64,000 nt of DNA from Hormiphora californensis (Eukaryota; Animalia; Ctenophora). Shown here in pieces: positions 12,112-24,752 of this stretch. Under the pieces are notes generated by a model. That model saw only the letters and a list, made by a program, of their open reading frames with translations. It had not been told where the DNA came from and made no database searches. The stretch's first letter is position 1. Each line of letters opens with the position of its first letter. The stretch covers positions 1,488,001 to 1,552,000 of the forward strand of contig CM035353.1 of NCBI GenBank assembly GCA_020137815.1, given 5' to 3'. The translations under genes were made by a program, and so were the position numbers.

Positions 12112-14856
12112 CTATTTCTTCTTCGTTTCGTACACGATAACACCTGCAACAGAAGGGCTGCTGAAATTTCGGGTTTCATATCTGCGGTTTCATGTCCGTT
12201 ATATTTGGAATTAAAGCAACTCTGTCGTTCTCATCAGTGTGGAACCTTTAGCTCTGTTGTCTATAGATTTCAAACCTATTTTGTCTCAGATTTGTCAGTT
12301 ATATTTCATATTTGGGCAAACAATAAGTACATGTGCGTTATTATATGTCCTTGTCGTGTCGGAATACTCACCAATGACAACTCCTAGCAGAATAAAACCA
12401 ATGACTCCTAAAGCTATCATAAACTGAAAGGGTAAAACGGGTCAACAATGAGTTAGAAATTTATTATTAATTTAATTAATTATTAATTTAATTAGATTAC
12501 ATGACTGTTATTCGAATGTAATAATTCCATAGTTATCCACACCATTTTCAATACCCTATTTAGACATACTGTTAACACTTTGAGAGTGGTTTCTATATTT
12601 CTCATCGCAAATAGTTAGTTTCTAGTAGCATTGTTAATATATAGAACAGGAACAGGAATTCAGGTCACGTGACTGGTTATTAGCCAATCAGGGACCAGTA
12701 TTTCCTGATTCGGTCGGTTCCTGATATAGAATTTAAAGAAACTAGATGCTAGTTAGCTATATTTGCGATGAGAAATATAGAAACCACTCTCAAAGTGCTA
12801 ACAGTATGTCTAAATAGGGTATAAATGGGAGATTAAGGGTACACCGAGGGAAATATTTTTTAAAGTGCAGGGCAATATTGCGAATAAATATGCAAACTAA
12901 TCAAAAATTTAAAATAATCTAGGATCCTAGTAGGCTTGACAAACTTTGACAAACTTTGAGTTTGTTACTCCCGAAGGCCGAAATAAAAACACGCTCTAAA
13001 CTAAAAACGTAATACCTTGGCATTTTTCCACCACATTTTCCGCTTGAGCTGAGTCCCAGTCTGTAGAAACTGGTGAGCACCCGTCTGCAGGGCATCTGAA
13101 TGGAAGAGGGTATCAAACATCATGGATTCATAAATCCCTTACAATTATATGTCAGTGATGATTTATCTTTATAATTTTTGGTCTCTCTGATACGGATATA
13201 CATTATACAGTCGGACCCCGATTTACCGGAACCCCGATTTACCGGGAGGATAAACTTCCCCCAAACTATTTTGGCCCATTTTCACTGAAAATTTCAGGTT
13301 TTCGAATTTTCTAATTAGCCATGTCATATGATCTCTATCGAATCGTGAATGGATACGTGGCGACTAATCGGGGTGGGGAATCACATATCATACGTCCTAA
13401 GAGCCAATAGTATCGATACCGGATACATGACTTTTTTCAACTAATCGAGTGATTGGGTAGTGGTAGAACATGACACAGGTACCCACCGGCCACCCGAATT
13501 ATCGAGTAAACCGTTAGCCTGTAGAGATCGCGATACGTGATCTCTAAGTCTAATGAGGTCACAGTATCGATATACGTCTTGTATTGGAATCGACGATACG
13601 TGATTCCTCACCGCTACAGACACTTACCGATTAATGGTCAGATAAGACGGGTTTAATGAATTGTTGTTTGAAGTTCATTTCAAGCACCTTAAGAACACCA
13701 AGGCTGTTGCACTAATATGCTAGGCAAAGTTTAGTGTGTCGTTAAAACTGCTTATGGCCGTGAAAATTAGACCTATATAGGGTCAAAAAAGCATCACCCC
13801 GATATACCGGGCACCCCGATTTACCGGGCAAAATGGCTTCCCCCGAGAATCCCGGTAAATCGGGGTCCGACTGTACGTAATATACTGTGGGTATAAGACA
13901 GGGAGTAAATTATAACTGTGTGCTGTTAGCAGGAACCGACCGAAAGAAGTAAACAACCAATCAGAGCTCGTTATTTAGGTCACGTGACTGATTATCAGCC
14001 AATCAGGGACCAGTATTTTCTGATTCGGTCGGTTCCTGGCTGTCAGGTACGTCATGGTACCTGCTCGCTCGTGGAGATTCTGTATCTTTGTATCACGTTC
14101 CAGGACACTGTCCATATTCTTCTTCATAATGTCCATGACCTCGTTAACCTGGCCCTGGGTTTCATTAACATACCCAGCCCCTCCTCCTCCTCCACCGCCT
14201 CCACCTGCACTAGGCCTGAAGAGAGAGGGGTGGTTATTGGAGTAAGTAATCTGATGGAAATAATTCAATCCTAACGTCACCGTCCTCCCACCCGATCGAC
14301 TCATCACTCATAAATCGGCTGCTTGGCCCTAAACAACAAAAACAACTACAGTCGGACCCCGGTTTATCGGGAGGATAAACTTCCCGAATAGAGCAAACGG
14401 TTTTTGACGCCGATATACCGGGCACCACAATTTAAAAAATTGACTATCTAACAGTCCGTCATACACATTTTTATTTGGAATTTTCAGTTGGAATTTTCAT
14501 TTGAAAACCATCTACGCGCATGCACGTGCAAGCTTCAAACACAAGTTAGAAGCACGGGACCTTCACTAACTTATTTGTTTTGATCCAAGGATCACTTTAG
14601 TGAAGGTCCCATGGTTCTAACTTGTGTTTGAAGCTTGCACGTGCATGCGCGTGCGTGGATGGTTTTCAAATGAAAATTCCAAGTGAAAATTCCAAATGAA
14701 AATGTGTATGACGCCGCGTAACATCTCCCAAAGCTTGTCAATGAAGCTTGGTGTGTCACTGGGTCTGTCGCACACCGTCATTACGAACAAACGTGCATTA
14801 CTATACTCCATGCCCCCTTTATTTGCTACACTGAGGAGAGAGAGAGAGAGAGAGAG

Positions 14857-14912
<56 letters not shown>

Positions 14913-15064
14913 GAGAGAAAAGGAGACAGACAGGTTTTTTCTTTTTCCTCCCTCCTTCTCTCCTTCTCTCTCTCCCCTTCTCTCTCTCTCTCTCTTCGTT
15001 TTCTCTCTCTCTCGGTGCTCCTCTTCTCTTCCTCTCTCCTTTTTCCTTCTCTTTTTTTTTCTCG

Positions 15065-15096
<32 letters not shown>

Positions 15097-15468
15097 CCTC
15101 TCTCTCTTTTTCTCTCGCTCCCTCCCCTTCTCTCCTCTCTCTCTTCTTCTCTCCCCGTCCTATCTTTGCCCACCCCCTTTTGTCTGTCAGTCTTTTCCCC
15201 GTTTACTTTTTCTATTTCTGTCTCCCTATCTTTCTCTTTCACTCTATCTACCTGTCCTTTCCTTCTTCCCTTTCTCTTCTCCTGCTCAATCGGGATCTCC
15301 CCCCTGTGTCTGCTCTTCTCCTCTTCCCCCCTTCTCTCCTCTCTCTCCGTCCTCTCCCCCTTCTTCATCTGCCTCCGTTCTCCTTTCGGTGATGATCTAC
15401 ATCCTCTTCATTAATTGTTCTTTGTTTCCCGGGGAGGGGTTTACCCTTTGCGGGCGTGAGGAGAGAGG

Positions 15469-15532
<64 letters not shown>

Positions 15533-15888
15533 CTGAGTCGCACTACACACAATGATCAACTCCCCATCCACAATATAGGCTAGGTACCTGGTACAAGATG
15601 TGGGCACATGCAAGATTACTGCACTCGGCAAATGTTATTTTATTTACAGAAGTGCAGAGGTGAAAGAATTTATTGCATGTTCATTGAAGTAAGCGAGGAA
15701 CACGGAATTATTGAAAACATAGTTAAGAACATAGTTAAGAAGTTCCATAATAATAAACCTCATCCATCATGTAAATCTTCCCCTTACTAAATTGTGATAT
15801 TAAATTCACGTCATGGTTACCATGGTTACCACAGTTACCATGGTTACTCACCCCTTGACGGGTTTGTTGAGCAGGCGTGATTTTTCCT
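12112..15888 (-). CDS. VAMP: Synaptobrevin / VAMP-family R-SNARE (start codon not located)
   Basis: Exons 15888-15852, 14215-14061, 13095-13016, 12423-12372, 12143-12112 splice in frame: EEKSRLLNKPVKGPSAGGG...ETQGQVNEVMDIMKKNMDSVLERDTKIQNLHERADALQTGAHQFLQTGTQLKRKMWWKNAKFMIALGVIGFILLGVVIGVIVYETKKK*. Zero-layer Arg (VLER), KRKxWWKN and C-terminal TM are present. Confidence 0.92.
12551..12822. mobile_element. Palindromic MITE with a nested family B element (12647-12723, TSD ATATAGAA)
   Basis: ATACCCTATTTAGACATACTGTT...AACAGTATGTCTAAATAGGGTAT arms; the central insert is flanked by an exact 8-bp duplication. Confidence 0.8.
13208..13873. mobile_element. Family A element, 666-bp version with unique internal sequence (TA TSD)
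   Basis: TA|CAGTCGGACCCCGATTTACCGG ... CCGGTAAATCGGGGTCCGACTG|TA. Confidence 0.8.
13930..14038. mobile_element. hAT-type MITE family B, full length (109 bp)
   Basis: 15-bp TIR CAGGAACCGACCGAA / TTCGGTCGGTTCCTG; 8-bp TSD GCTGTTAG/GCTGTCAG. Confidence 0.85.
14457..14713. mobile_element. ~257-bp foldback element
   Basis: ~115-bp inverted arms CGTCATACACATTTT...AAAATGTGTATGACG around a ~25-bp spacer. Confidence 0.75.
14835..15529. repeat. (GA)n - degenerate (CT)-rich - (GA)n compound microsatellite
   Basis: Read directly; lies in a VAMP intron. Confidence 0.85.
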
Positions 15889-17276
15889 CTGATGAATCCA
15901 GCGTGGTAACGTTAGTAACAAAACATACGCAGGGCTAAAGAATTTTAAGATTTGTAAAGTTAGAATTAAAGTGAAGTTACCTTTTTACATCAAAAAGGTA
16001 ACTTCTGAACGCAACTTCTGAACCGTTGAGGTGAGGGATATTTATAGGGGGCTTAAAAGATGCAGAAAGCGATGGAAATGACGAAAAATGGCCTTATTTT
16101 TTATCGCCGACGTACAGGAAAGGTACAAATGGCATTTGCATTTTGGTCACGTGACCAAAATTCAGTCTACCCGGCTTTTCGTACCGAATTCGGACGAATT
16201 TAGGCTTCCGTTCGATTTTGGTGCATATTGTCATCCTAGCGGACATCTCTGCGAAGTCTGAAGTCTCAACTCCAAAATTTCAAATCGGAACTTAGGGCGA
16301 TTTCAGGCCATTTTAGCATTTTTCAATTAGCGATAATTAACGAACCGAACATTGTTCAGAGTTAAACTCAGCGGCATTTGAACCTCTATTGCCACCTCTT
16401 AGCATAGGAGAAGTTTCATAGACATCAGAGGTGGTGAGTGTAATTATTGCCTCTACTACTAGAAAAAAGCACAATGCTCAGAGAACTAATATCTTCTACC
16501 TACAACAAGTGTTTCGGTCCACTCTCTCAAGTCTCAAATTACTCGGAGCCAAAAAAGGAATAACTTTGTATATATACATGTATGTACAACAATTCGATAC
16601 GGAGCTGTAATGGGTTGTTGGCGAAGGTTGTTCAACCAAACAAGAATACGTCTTTAAATATGTTCTATGAACTTTTATGAACCAAGCAATTGCAATGTGA
16701 CCGTTTCAAATGTGACCGCCGCCAGAATCCGGGATTCATTGAAGCATTTGATGAAGGAGCAACACGGTTGTCCCTCGCAACTGAGCGTGTTACAGCCGGT
16801 TTTGTGACCGTGACACCTCACTAGCATGTAAAATTTTCGAATTCTAAACCCCTATGCTTTTTGCAAAAGGCATCTGGGGCGGGGAAAAAATAAATATTAT
16901 ATCTTCAAAGCAATTCAAAAATTGTTATTTTGGCGTGCAAAATAGTATACTCTGGAGCACTTTGCAGTATGTGTTTCAAGGTAAAGCATGCCTAGTGATT
17001 AAACATGACGGTATGCTAGACTGTGTCATCTATATATTACATATCATAGCAATTATAGATAACAATGGTTCGTGATCACAATATACTAATGACCACATGT
17101 CTGTAACTTTAAATATCTACGTCACACGGTACGTCACTACTCCACAACGCTTTGTTTTTGATAAATGCCCTGTAATTTATGTGCCTTTGAATGAGGAAAT
17201 CTTTGAAACCACCTAATTGTTTCAGTACCATCGAACACATTTGAGTCTCGTCCTTTTTGGTGAGAGGATCGATTAA

Positions 17277-17726
17277 AGGTTGACAAGATACCTAAAACTT
17301 TTCGTATATCGTCTTATTTTGATTTATCATTAATTTTCAGCATTTTTTCAGAATTTTTTGTCGGCTAGAAAAAAATTCGAAATAGGGGGTCTACCGATAT
17401 TGTCAGCATTGGTTTTACTGGGCACACTCACTGCGTCTCGCAAATTGAAATTCACATTTCCGGTTCCTCAAAAGATAGCTACTTGATCTTGGTTGCGTTG
17501 GATTGGTCTCAATAAGACCTTTCCAACGCTACCAAAACGGTTTCTGTATCTCATCAGGAACCGGAGATATTACGGTATCAATTTTTAAATTGCGCCTCTC
17601 GTTTATCAGTAGACCCCCTGTTTTGCACATATTTCTAGCCGACAAAAAATTCTGAAAAAATGCTGAAAATTAATGATAAATCAAAATAAGACGATATACG
17701 AAAAGTTTTAGGTATCTTGTCAACCT
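17277..17726. mobile_element. Non-autonomous TTAA-targeting transposon (Kolobok-like), ~95-bp TIRs
   Basis: TTAA|AGGTTGACAAGATACC...GGTATCTTGTCAACCT|TTAA; purine-purine termini with TTAA TSD fit Kolobok better than piggyBac (CC termini). Confidence 0.8.
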
Positions 17727-17730
17727 TTAA

Positions 17731-19043
17731 GGGTACACCTGGCGTTTTTCATCATCGAGTGCCCAACCAAATGACTTGACCAGGGTTTAGGCCATACAAA
17801 ATGGGCCTCAAATATGCAATTTTAGCCCTAAATTCGAATTCATATTTTTGCTACAGCCTATTTTCAAAGTGGCGTTTTTTCAATTTTTGTTGGAATTTTT
17901 TAACCTCAGGACCACTTTTTTTGAGATAGAAACATTAAATTCTTGGAATTTGAAGAGAATATAAAGGTGAATAAGCCCAAAGAAGGATTTTTGAAATGGA
18001 GCTTATTTTTGGCCATGAGAAGGGTTTACTTTTTTGCTTCTTTGACACGCTGGCTGAGAATGTTCCCATGCTTCATTAGAGATGAAAATCTGGAAATAGT
18101 TGCTCAAAACGATTATCTATGTGGCCCAAAAATTTTGGAACTTTCCCGTCAAAGATGTGGTGTACAGAGCTTGTTTTGTGAAATCCGTCTTTTTGAAAAA
18201 GAGGGGAATTCCCTGTATCTCAAAAACGGATGATCGTAGAGACCTGGGACCAAGCTTAATCGATTCAGAAGGTCCGATTTTTGGGGGGGGTCTTCTCAGA
18301 GACATTTTGCTCCTACTCCAACCGTTTTTGCTGTAATTGAAAAAAACCAATTCTATGAAAAGGGGGAACAACTCTATTCCAGTAGCCTGTTTCGGGCTGA
18401 TTTCCCCCTTACTTGCTGATACCTTTTTCGCAATTACAGCAAAAACGGTTGGAGTAGGAGCAAAATGTCTCTGAGAAGACCCCCCCCCCCCAAATCGGAC
18501 CTTCTGAATCGATTAAGCTTGGTCCCAGGTCTCTACGATCATCCGTTTTTGAGATACAGGGAATTTCCCTCTTTTTCAAAAAGACGGGTTTCACAAAAGA
18601 AGCTCTGTACACCACATCTTTGACGGGAAAGTTCCAAAATTTTTGGGCCACATAGATAATCGTTTTGAGCAACTATTTCCAGATTTTCATCTCTAATGAA
18701 GCATGGGAACATTCTCAGCCAGCGTGTCAAAGAAGCAAAAAAGTAAACCCTTCTCATGGCCAGAAATAAGCTCCATTTCAAAAATCCTTCTTTGGGCTTA
18801 TTCACCTTTACATTCTCTTCAAATTCCAAGAATTTAATGTTTCTATCTCAAAAAAAGTGGTCCTGGGGTTAAAAATTCCAACAAAAATTGAAAAAACGCC
18901 ACTTTGAAAATAGGCTGTAGCAAAAATATGAATTCGAATTTAGGGCTAAAATTGCATATTTGAGGCCCATTTTGTATGGCCTAAACCCTGGTGATGAAGT
19001 CATTTGGTTGGGCACTCGATGATGAAAAACGCCAGGTGTACCC
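17731..19043. mobile_element. 1.3-kb palindromic TTAA element (Kolobok-like), ~610-bp arms
   Basis: TTAA|GGGTACACCTGGCG...CGCCAGGTGTACCC|TTAA; arms 17731-18339 and 18431-19043 are near-identical (mirror ORFs in the track). Confidence 0.85.
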
Positions 19044-19047
19044 TTAA

Positions 19048-19290
19048 GCACGATTTGAGGTGGAACCCCGTCATTTCCGGATTCTTGACCTGTCGTGATT
19101 TTTTCAGCAGCGCCATTTAGTGTTGCTCTTCTTTCAAAAGTGGTCGAGGGCCCTTTTCGCTTCTCTCGCCGATACGTTTCAATGAGCAACTCGGAAAACA
19201 AACCATCAACACTGTTCTTGGTCAGGCGTTTAGTTGTTTCAGGTATACCAAATATAACAAGGTTTTTATCCCTCTCGCACGGCGTGCCTG
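19048..19290 (-). pseudogene. Decayed LINE ORF1-like fragment
   Basis: ERDKNLVIFGIPETT...VDGLFSEL resembles the R-x-x-N-L-V-I-x-G-I-P-E motif of CR1/L2-type ORF1 proteins. Confidence 0.45.
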
Positions 19291-20639
19291 GTGAAATTTT
19301 AACACGACCTAGCATGCAACGGGAAACCACCACTTGTACGTGGTAGCTGAGGGTCTACAGAATGGCGCTACGGTGCGGGAAAAAACATTCCATTCCCTAA
19401 AATCTTTTTTTTTACTTTTATTTGATTTGGGTCAAAATTGGCTATATTAAACGTGGTCCCGAAACATCCATAATGACTTAGCACATGAAATATGTCACCC
19501 CTACCTATTTTTGCACGTACAATCGATTGCCGTTGAAGTCGAATCTCTAAAATGACTGTAAAATGGTCAAAAGTTGATTTTTTACCATTTTTTGGAGGTT
19601 TTTGGCCCCTAAACCATTGAAAACGTTGAGATAGGAATTTGAAACTAGTGCCAATCGTTAAAATGGTCATTTTTCTACCAAGAACCAAGTTTTCGTGTAT
19701 ATCCGATTTATGGTTAGATTTGGGCAAATTGTTGAAATCTGCCAACTAGGAGAACCGTAACTTGATTTTCTTGTTTTTTGGATTTTGGCATTTTTGACAA
19801 ACTTCTGATTGAAATGGTCAATCGGGACCATGCTTAAGTTGTTTATGGGACAATTTTCGACTAAAATCCAAGATTTCATACCAATCCAATAACAGATCGT
19901 TGATTTATAGAAAATTTAAGTAGGCAAAACGGTCAAAATAAGCAAGAAAAGTTGTCGTTCACAGCTTTTATCAACCTTTCATTCGTTATTATATGGCAAA
20001 CGCTGCTGGTATGGCCCCCAGCGCGGGATAAGGCAGCGCTTTTCAAGGTTATCGCCCTCGTTGTCATTCTTTCTCATCACTCAATTAATTTGTTTAAAGA
20101 CTTTAAAATATTATTTATTTATTCAATCTGATTCAATACATATAACAATAACAATTGTATACATATCGACACTCCTTTTAGCGAGTAATTAAACGGTTGT
20201 CCCGTAAAAAGTCCATGTTATGCTGATGCCGATTCAAAAGTCCAAGAGTTAATTATATATAGATTAGGTACTGTAATAATAAATAGTAAGTTGATAGATA
20301 GATAGTTAAATAAGGGTAGATACTAAGATGATTACTAGGGGATAACTAGGGGTAGGGGAGATGCAGAACAGCTAAATATAGCATAGTATAATAAGTTAGT
20401 AAATTAAATTAAAATTAAATTTAAAATAAAGTAGTGTTGAAAAGTTTGAAATAAGATGTCCGGGGCGTTGTATTTGCGTGTGTGACCTCTTCAGTGCGTG
20501 GTATCCCTTGCGCATGGTCTCTTCCGGATGGGGTGCTCTCCTGGTCCTGGTGCGCTCATGGTCCTGGCCTGGTCCGCTCTTGAACTTTATTATGGTTCAT
20601 GATCTCAGGAGGGAGAATCATAATGTAATTTATGCATCT

Positions 20640-20810
20640 AATATACCACTCAATCGTGAATAAATAGTGGAAAAATAGTGCCAACTCACTATCCTCGTCC
20701 TCAGGTGAGCCATGACTTCACTGTACGGCTCTCCGGTTCGGTGTGAGAGTTGGCAAACGCTGCTTGCGCCCGATAAGACAGCGCTTTTCAAGTGTGAGAG
20801 AGTTTTTTTA
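20640..20810 (-). pseudogene. Possible relic of a CRE-like retrotransposon C-terminus
   Basis: LSHRTGEPYSEVMAHLRTRI resembles the helical YSxVxxxxRxRLSF tail also seen at 53796. Confidence 0.3.
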
Positions 20811-21883
20811 AATCGTTGGCGAAAATTTTGGCATACGCTGCAGGCCCCGTTGCGGGGGTGCTCGCATGAGGGGGCTGCAGCGCATTCCAAGCAAAATTTT
20901 TGAATTTAAAGATTTGCGCCGCTGAAAACATTTTTATCGTCGCACGCGCATTGCATTTTCATCGCGCGCATTTATTTTCTCTGAAATGCGCGCAGTAGAA
21001 TTTGGCATCGTTATGATATAAACTTGGCGCGCTGATGCCAAACCGCGTGTACGTGAATGAAAACTGACCTATTATTAAAAAGACCTTTACTTTTAGTCCG
21101 CTGGACTGTCCAGTCGACTATTAAACTTAAGGTCGGACTATAATCTTCAGTGTAAGAATTTAAACACCTTTAAGTCATATTTACATAAATGAATTGTGTA
21201 CAAAACAGTTGAAACAGTTCGATATTTTTTTACACAATGCCATGCCATCCTTAGCCTTATAATATAGAAGTTATATATCCTTATTATATTAACATGTTTA
21301 TACATTAAACACTTAGCTAACTGTAAGGGTGTGTGCTGAACCTTACTCATCCAAAAATTATGTAATATGTAAACCGAAACACTTCATACATCAGCTCTAA
21401 TCAAACAGTTTTAGTTATAAAAAACAGCCCAACCCCATGGTTAATCATCAGATTAAATGTTAGTTGTCTAATAATTCAGTTTACCTAATTCGGGGCCTGG
21501 CAAGGCCCCCCGACCCGAATATAACCCAAACTCAACCCATCCCCCCTAAAACATCCCCCCTACAACTAAAACAACGGGGCCGAGCCGACAGGCCCTTAAT
21601 ACCAGATGAAAAAAAAACCATAACCATAACCATAAAACCATAAAACCATAGATATTTTTAGAGTGAAAGTTTTGAAGCCCCCTGAAGTAGTAGAGAGGTG
21701 TTCTATGGCTCGTTGGAAAGGTCTCGAGGTCCCGCGTCGTATAGGGGGTGTGGCGATGGCCATACCCAAACCTATAAGGGGTAGGACGCGAAAAACAGTC
21801 AAAATAAGGGGTATACAGAACTCGGCAATTAGAAGGAGTAGAAAGGTGTTCTAGGGTGCGTTCGAAAGCTCTCGAGGTGCTGA

Positions 21884-21967
21884 AGTAATTGGAATGTAAT
21901 TGGAAGTAATTACATGTAATTAAAATGTAATTACATGTAATTAAAGGGTAATTACATGTAATTAAAA
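21884..21967. repeat. GTAATTACAT/GTAATTAAAA 10-bp tandem subrepeats
   Basis: Read directly. Confidence 0.75.
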
Positions 21968-22251
21968 GGTCTGCATGACCCAGAATGATAATTTAACATA
22001 TTTGGAGGCCCTGAGACCAGCGGGTGGCCAAATTTAATCCGGTTTCGGGTCGGCTGACGTAAAAACTCCGCGTTTTGGTCGAGGTAATAATATAACTCAA
22101 CAATCTAAACTAGTATAAACATTTATAAAGACTGTTTATTGTGTATATTGTGTCGATCACACGTTGTGTTTGCAAGATCACACACATGTGTTGATCACAT
22201 GTTCTGGGGCCACGAGAAATTCTCCAGCAGGGGGGTCACGATGGTGGATAT

Positions 22252-22360
22252 CAGGAACCGACCGAAACAAGTAAACAACCAATCAGAGCTCGTTATTTAG
22301 GTCACGTGACTGGTGATCAGCCAATCAGGGACCAGTATTTCCTGATTCGGTCGGTTCCTG
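22252..22360. mobile_element. hAT-type MITE family B, full length, perfect 8-bp TSD
   Basis: GTGGATAT|CAGGAACCGACCGAA...TTCGGTCGGTTCCTG|GTGGATAT. Confidence 0.9.
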
Positions 22361-23510
22361 GTGGATATTAAGCTGCAATCACTCTCCCTTTAGCCATTTC
22401 TGGTCATCCTCTCGGGGCTTGGTCCCTGGAAATGGGATGGAAATATTAGCTCATGTCGTAAATATTTGGGTTTGTTTTGTTACATGGGATACACGGTCGC
22501 TTGTAGTGGGAAAACGCGGTAATGGACTGTCTGGCGCCGCGACCCATCTGAGCGCACTGTCGCGCGCTCAGATTAGGGTCTGGTGTCACAATATATCACG
22601 CTGCGTGAGTGATCTGGTGGGATCGTGATTTCACGCGCAAATAGTGAGCCGCGCTAAAAATCAGGCTGATTTTGCAACGCCGCGGCGCGTTTTCCTCAAA
22701 ATATCGCATTTTCAAAATTTCAAAAATTTCGCCGGGCAACTTTTCGCGATTTTTTTGTCAAAAAAGTTTTCGCGACAAACTTTTTTGAGTTAATGGTAAC
22801 GGACACTTTAAAAACACAAACCCCAAGTGAGGGTTTTGATATGGGTTTCTTGTCACAGAGACTCGCGATGCCAGTGTTTAATAATTCAAAATGGAGATGT
22901 GCAATTGCTTGTTATGTGTTTGATTTGATTCTTCTTCAGAAACCGGAACCACTTTCTGTGTCTGAAATAAAACTTTGTTCACTATAATTTTAGCTAACGC
23001 CCGTCAATGTCATTTTAGCTAGATTTAGATCAATTTGAGAATCGAATGGGGGTATGGCACCGCCATACAGAGTTTGACAAAGTTTTGTCTGGCACCCCCC
23101 AGTAGCTACAGACTACAGTTGCAGTCCCGTTCTCCCGCCTTTTCTCACTTTCAGCTCTGTTGCATTTGTTCAGCTTGTTCCTTGTTTATACTTGTGTTTT
23201 GTTAGCTAACCCGGTCAGCAAGACCGCAGCCAAAGTGTTAAGTGTATCCCTCCCTCTCATTTCATCCTCCTTCTATCTCTCTTTGTTCATCTCTTCACTT
23301 GCTGCAATTTGTTTTTTGTCCGCTTTTCTCTCTCCGCTCTTTCTACAGAGTTTCAATCTGTCAACTGCCCTGTTTTGATCTCTCCAAGCCCCCCTCTTTG
23401 TTACACAGTAACGTGTGTAATACACACTGTGTATCGTACATTCTTTCTGTACACCCACCTCTCCCCTTCTCTCTCCGCTCTTTCTACAGAGTGCAATCCG
23501 TTCAAACCTT

Positions 23511-23842
23511 TGGGGGGGGGTGGGGGGGGGGGCGGCGGGACTCCGGGGGGTGGGTGCGGTGGGGGGGTGTGGGCGGGGGGTGGTGTTCCGGTGGGGATGT
23601 GGGGGGTGGGCGTTCGCTGGTCGGTGTGGGGGGTGGGAGGCGGCGTGGGAGGGGGGCGTGGTGCAGGGGGGGGGCGGTGGGCCGTGGTAGGGGGGGGAGG
23701 GGGGGGGGGGCAGTGGGGGGTGGGGTGGGGCGGTCGGTGGGGGGGGAGTCCGCACGGGTCCGGCTTGGGGGCGGGTCGGGGGGTGGGTCGGGGGGGTGTG
23801 TGGGTGGGCTGGCGGGGGGGGGGGGGGGGGGGGGTGGGGGGG

Positions 23843-23920
<78 letters not shown>

Positions 23921-24148
23921 CGGGCGTGGAGGGGGGGTGGGGGGGGGGGGGGGGGGGGGGGTGGGGGGGGGGGGGGGTGGGGGGGGGGGGGGGGGGTTGG
24001 GGGGGGGGGGGGGGGGGGGGGGGGGGTGGGTGGGTGGGGGGGGGTGGGGGGGGTGGGGGGGTGCGGGGGGGTGGGGGGGGGGGGGGGGGGGGGTGGGGGG
24101 GGGGGGGGGGGGGGGGGTGGGGGGGGGGGGGGGGGGTGGGGGGGGGGT

Positions 24149-24200
<52 letters not shown>

Positions 24201-24504
24201 GGGGTGGGGGGGGGGGGGGAGGGGGGTGGGGGGGGGGGGGGGGGGGGGGCGGAGCGGGGGTGTGGGGGGGCGGTGGCGGGGGGGGGGGGGGGTGGGGGGG
24301 GGTGGTGGGGCGGGGGGGGGGGTGGGTTGGGGGGGGGTAGGGGGGGGGGGGGGGGGGGTGTGGGGGGGGGGGCGTGGTTGGGGGGGGTGGGGGGGGGGGG
24401 GGGGGGGGGGGAGGGGGTGGGGGGGGGGGGGGGTGGGTGGCGGGGGTGGGGGTCGTTGGTGGGGTTGGGGGTGTTCGTGCGGGGGGGGGTGGTGGTGGGT
24501 GGGT

Positions 24505-24536
<32 letters not shown>

Positions 24537-24701
24537 GGGGGGGGGTGGGGGGGGGGGGGGGGGGGTGGTGGGGGGTGGTGGGTGGGGTGGTGGTGGGGGT
24601 GGGGGGGGGGGGGGAGTGGGGGGGGGTGGGGTTGGTGGGGTGGGGGGGGGGGGTGGGGTGGGGGGGGTGGGGGGGGGGGGTGGGGGGTTGGGGGTGGGGG
24701 T

Positions 24702-24735
<34 letters not shown>

Positions 24736-24752
24736 GGGGGGGGGGGGTTTGG
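23511..24752. repeat. ~1.2-kb poly-G / G-rich tract
   Basis: Long G runs with sporadic T/C/A; true length and sequence are unreliable. Confidence 0.85.

Noticed and set aside
14696-15631. ER/SL dipeptide-repeat ORFs (also near 1547, 24963, 29804, 39512, 49712, 54278)
   Set aside because: Microsatellite translations.
17943-18829. Duplicated 96-aa and 78/87-aa genes on opposite strands
   Set aside because: Mirror translations of the palindrome arms, with non-ATG starts and no domain.
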